Virus record (IMG/VR): IMGVR_UViG_3300030000_000409
Coordinates: 1-10,283 of that record
DNA from: a virus
Taxonomy: Duplodnaviria > Heunggongvirae > Uroviricota > Caudoviricetes
DNA length: 10,283 bases
Reading direction: 5' to 3' (one strand)
Shown: positions 7,338 through 10,283 of the stretch, piece after piece
How positions within the stretch are numbered: the first letter of the stretch is position 1
Layout of the letters: the number at the start of each line of letters is the position of its first letter
Position numbers and translations under genes: made by a program
Notes under the pieces: generated by a model
Database searches by the model: none
What the model was told of the DNA's origin: nothing
What the model saw: only the letters and a program-made list of their open reading frames with translations

Positions 7338-7345
7338 AGGAAAGA
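7335..7345 (+). promoter_or_regulatory. Ribosome-binding site TAAAGGAAAGA for the DegT aminotransferase
   Basis: The AGGA core lies 6 nt before ATG 7348. The 11-mer is identical to the site at 4099-4109. Confidence 0.7.
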
Positions 7346-7347
7346 CA

Positions 7348-8421
7348 ATGATTGCATATGAAGGATGGGATAAGGATTATCAAGAAAATAGACAGGCATA
7401 TTTAGATGCATTTGATAAATTTATGAATCAGTGTAATTATCAAAACACTGAGGCATTTGATAAAGATTTTGCTGAAATGATGGGACGTAAGTATGCTGTG
7501 TCAGTTGCCAGCGCAACAGATGCTTTGTATTTCTCTCTTCTTAGTTATGGAATTGGTGAAGGTGATGAAGTATTGGTGACAGATTTCTCTTGGATTTCTA
7601 CTGCATCATGTATCTCAATGGCTAAAGCCACACCAGTATTCTGTGATATTGATTTAGATTCTTATCATGTGAGTTTGGATAGTATCAAGAGAATGTATAG
7701 TGAGAAAACAAAAGCAATAATCTATACACACTTATTTGGTAGTATGTCAGATATGACTGCTATTAAGGATTTCTGTAAAGAGAAAAATATCGTTCTTATT
7801 GAAGATGCTGCACAAAGTTTAGGTTCAAGTCTGAATGGTGTTAAGGCTGGAACTATTGGTGATTGCAGTTCATTCAGTTTCAACACGAATAAAGTTGTTG
7901 CCGGTATTAATGGTGGTGGTGTATTTTTAACTGATGATCGTGCGCAAGCAGATTTAATCCGCAAAATTAGACAACACGGTAAAGGAAATGGATTTGAACT
8001 ACTGGGATATAATTCCAGATTGTATTCACTTAATGCTGAGATCATCAAAATAAGATTACAACAAAGAGAAAAATATCAAACTAAAAGACAACAGGTAGCT
8101 GATACATACAACGCAGCTTTTGAGAATCTAAATGTATTTGTTCAGCGGTCAGAGCCAGGGCTGGTTCACAACTATCATAAATACACTGTTAGATTTGAAA
8201 ATAAAGAGACTAGAGACCGTGTAAAGAATGTATCTGGTGCGTCAGTACATTATGATTGCCCTCTATCTTCAAATCTCATGTATGATAAATTGCAACATCG
8301 AAAAGATAATTGCGTTAATTCAAAACATGTAACTGACACAATACTTTCATTACCTATTCACCCTTGGCTTACTGATGATGAAGTTAATTTCATTATTGCC
8401 AATATCAAAAGTTCATTCTAA
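7348..8421 (+). CDS. DegT/DnrJ/EryC1/StrS-family PLP-dependent sugar aminotransferase, 357 aa
   Basis: VASATDAL, EDAAQSLG (PLP-binding Asp153), SFSFNTNK (Schiff-base Lys182 at 7891), GYNSRL and LSLPIHP. RBS AAAGGA at 7336-7341. Confidence 0.93.
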   Translation: MIAYEGWDKDYQENRQAYLDAFDKFMNQCNYQNTEAFDKDFAEMMGRKYAVSVASATDALYFSLLSYGIGEGDEVLVTDFSWISTASCISMAKATPVFCDIDLDSYHVSLDSIKRMYSEKTKAIIYTHLFGSMSDMTAIKDFCKEKNIVLIEDAAQSLGSSLNGVKAGTIGDCSSFSFNTNKVVAGINGGGVFLTDDRAQADLIRKIRQHGKGNGFELLGYNSRLYSLNAEIIKIRLQQREKYQTKRQQVADTYNAAFENLNVFVQRSEPGLVHNYHKYTVRFENKETRDRVKNVSGASVHYDCPLSSNLMYDKLQHRKDNCVNSKHVTDTILSLPIHPWLTDDEVNFIIANIKSSF

Positions 8422-8423
8422 AA

Positions 8424-9236
8424 ATGCCTATAAAAAATATCCATGAGTACAATGCATTAAACTATCGCACTGTTGATTTTTATCTAACCAAGTCATGTAA
8501 TAAGTCTTGTCACTATTGTACAGCATGGACAATAGAAATGAGAAACTTAACAGTTGATATGGACTTCCTTAGAAGGGTTGTTAAATACCTAAGTCCATAT
8601 AAAACGAGAATTTGTTTATTGGGTGGAGAACCAGGTCTTGTTAAAAATCTCGATGAGGTTATTGCTGAAATTAGAAAGTACCCAAATCTTGTAGTCCAAG
8701 TCATGTCTAATTCTTTGATTAGAAAATTCTATCCTCACGTCCTTGAGGATCCAGAAATACTTTATATTGAACATCTAGTCTTAGATTTTCAAGAAGACAA
8801 GATTGAGAAGCTTGGAAATTATGATTTCTTCGAATTGAATGATTTCAATAACTACAATCTTATTATCAAAACTCCAAATTATTTCAAACATAAAGAGAAT
8901 TTTGATATATCTTATTTAGATCACAAAAACACGATTCTAAAAGAATACAATTCTAGATCACCAACTTATGATGTAAAAGATTTAACATCAGAAGCAGATA
9001 GAAGAATGTGTGCTAAATTTCCATTAGTACCCGTATTCGATTTTGAACTTCAAAAGCTTAGACATTGCAGTAGGAAAGTCATCAATGGTTCTAGACAGTT
9101 TGACATCACTGAAGAAAATGTTAACAAAATGATGAATTATGAACTCTTCGAGTTCGAAGATTATTGTAGAGTTTGTACTGAAACAATTCCACCAGTTGCT
9201 GCTGAAAGAATTATCAAATTTATGAAGCAAATGTAA
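8424..9236 (+). CDS. Radical SAM enzyme with fused Twitch-like auxiliary cluster domain, 270 aa
   Basis: CNKSCHYC (8496-8519) and LLGGEP. Four C-terminal Cys codons at 9009, 9066, 9165 and 9174 give C-x18-C-x32-C-x2-C. Confidence 0.88.
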   Translation: MPIKNIHEYNALNYRTVDFYLTKSCNKSCHYCTAWTIEMRNLTVDMDFLRRVVKYLSPYKTRICLLGGEPGLVKNLDEVIAEIRKYPNLVVQVMSNSLIRKFYPHVLEDPEILYIEHLVLDFQEDKIEKLGNYDFFELNDFNNYNLIIKTPNYFKHKENFDISYLDHKNTILKEYNSRSPTYDVKDLTSEADRRMCAKFPLVPVFDFELQKLRHCSRKVINGSRQFDITEENVNKMMNYELFEFEDYCRVCTETIPPVAAERIIKFMKQM

Positions 9237-9240
9237 TCAC

Positions 9241-10283
9241 ATGAAAATTTTTTCGATAGCTCTTAACATGCATGACCACAATACTTATGATGGGGTTGTG
9301 CATCGTCAAGAGGAAAGGTACTCACGTAAGAAACACAATCTTGTGCATTCTGATCCACATGATCCATCACTTGCTAGAAAATTCTTTAGTGAACACTTCA
9401 TTCCTAATTTTGTCAATAGGAGTAAAGATACTATTTTTTCTTTTACAGGTTCAAATTTGGGAATAGAATTTGTAGAAGATTTAATTGAGTCAACATTAGT
9501 AGACAAAAAATTTTTAAACTTCAAACCAAATAATCTCTGGGACTATTATCAAACTGATGAGTTCTATTATATTGATCACCATCAAAGCCATGCAGCTTAT
9601 GCATTCTTAAGCTCCGGGTTTAATGAGTCGGATATTTTAGCAATAGATGGTAAAGGCTGGAACTTTTCATGTATCTTCATTGATAAAAATGGAAATATTA
9701 CAGATTTATCTTCTCAATTATCCATAGGAAGTATATGGAACAAAATATCCCAAGAGTTAGGTTTGGGATATTTAGGTGCCGGGAAGACTATGGGATTAGC
9801 AGCATTCGGTAAATACAATAAAACTATTCATGACATTATACTGGAACACATATCATCACTAGATTATCAACAGTTAACAGATTCACTAAATGAAGTGAGT
9901 GATATACCAAAAGAAGATGTGGCATTTACACTACAGTATGTAACTAATGAGTTGGTTAAAAAAATAGTTTATCCTCTAAAAACATCGGATAATATTTGTG
10001 TATGTGGGGGTGTTGCATATAATGGTTACATGAATGAAGAGTTAACAACACGATGGACTAATGTACACGTACCTCCTGCCGTTGGAGATGAGGGGCACGC
10101 AATGGGAACATATATGCATGCAGATTACATGCTAAATAAACATGTTCATATTCCAAGTGTTTATTCAGGTGTTGAACATTCCATCGACACTAATATATTT
10201 CGTTACTTAAAATACCAACAAAAATCATTTGATGAAATTTGTGTTTACGTTGCACACGCTATTGCTAATGGTAAAATTGTAGG
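9241..10283 (+). CDS. O-carbamoyltransferase (NodU/CmcH/TobZ family), 3'-truncated by the window edge; not in the ORF track
   Basis: Open from ATG 9241 to the end: MKIFSIALNMHDH...EERYSRKKH, IDHHQSHAAYAF (9577-9591 for HHQSH), AIDGKG, GAGKTMGLAAFG, CGGVAYNGYMN, VPPAVGDEG. It ends at AIANGKIV(G), where the YrdC-like domain normally begins. Confidence 0.95.
   Translation, partial: MKIFSIALNMHDHNTYDGVVHRQEERYSRKKHNLVHSDPHDPSLARKFFSEHFIPNFVNRSKDTIFSFTGSNLGIEFVEDLIESTLVDKKFLNFKPNNLWDYYQTDEFYYIDHHQSHAAYAFLSSGFNESDILAIDGKGWNFSCIFIDKNGNITDLSSQLSIGSIWNKISQELGLGYLGAGKTMGLAAFGKYNKTIHDIILEHISSLDYQQLTDSLNEVSDIPKEDVAFTLQYVTNELVKKIVYPLKTSDNICVCGGVAYNGYMNEELTTRWTNVHVPPAVGDEGHAMGTYMHADYMLNKHVHIPSVYSGVEHSIDTNIFRYLKYQQKSFDEICVYVAHAIANGKIV

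Noticed and set aside
3537-9095. Many palindromic restriction sites retained (GAATTC at 3537, 4751, 5601; AAGCTT at 6934, 7050, 8808, 9054; GGATCC at 8747; TCTAGA at 8952, 9090) as a hint of chemically protected DNA
   Set aside because: Without an observed/expected calculation over the whole genome this says nothing. Lack of avoidance is also normal for many genomes.
160-9524. Short alternative-frame or antisense ORFs in the track (160-354, 1906-2118, 2146-2349, 3066-3290, 3551-3799, 4034-4216, 4989-5318, 6078-6269, 7722-8048, 8513-8704, 9024-9230, 9272-9466, 9306-9524)
   Set aside because: All lie within longer genes, most of which have clear family motifs, and they show no motifs of their own. 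They are treated as shadow ORFs.
4677-10283. A complete 2-deoxystreptamine aminoglycoside cluster
   Set aside because: No DOI synthase (BtrC), resistance or export gene is present in the window. Only the analogy in chemistry is supported.
1-10283. tRNA, rRNA, CRISPR array, IS element or long repeat
   Set aside because: None was recognised. The largest non-coding gap is 109 nt.

Overview
AT-rich, very densely packed 10.3 kb window with 13 supportable CDSs in three blocks. No housekeeping, rRNA, tRNA, CRISPR or mobile-element sequence was recognised. Block 1 (+, <2-1560): a 5'-truncated sodium:solute symporter (SSS family) coupled to an orphan ORF. Block 2 (-, 4567 down to 1557): a GNAT acetyltransferase, a PP-loop (AANH) enzyme with a shortened SGKDS loop, an orphan, and a glutaminase-less asparagine-synthetase-like ATPase. 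Block 3 (+, 4677 to >10283, divergent from block 2): a GT-B-like glycosyltransferase (DX7E motif), a QueC-like PP-loop/Zn enzyme, a free-standing SPASM/Twitch Fe-S domain, a radical SAM enzyme lacking that domain, a DegT/DnrJ PLP aminotransferase, a second radical SAM enzyme with a fused Twitch-like domain, and a NodU/CmcH/TobZ carbamoyltransferase that runs off the right edge and is missing from the ORF track. The best reading is a biosynthetic island, probably from a large phage (inference only), that builds and attaches a carbamoylated or amidated amino-sugar. The enzyme set parallels the BtrN/BtrR/GT4/TobZ chemistry of aminoglycoside pathways. The target (DNA bases, virion proteins, cell-surface glycan or a small molecule) cannot be determined from this window. 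All family calls come from motifs read by eye; no database searches were run.
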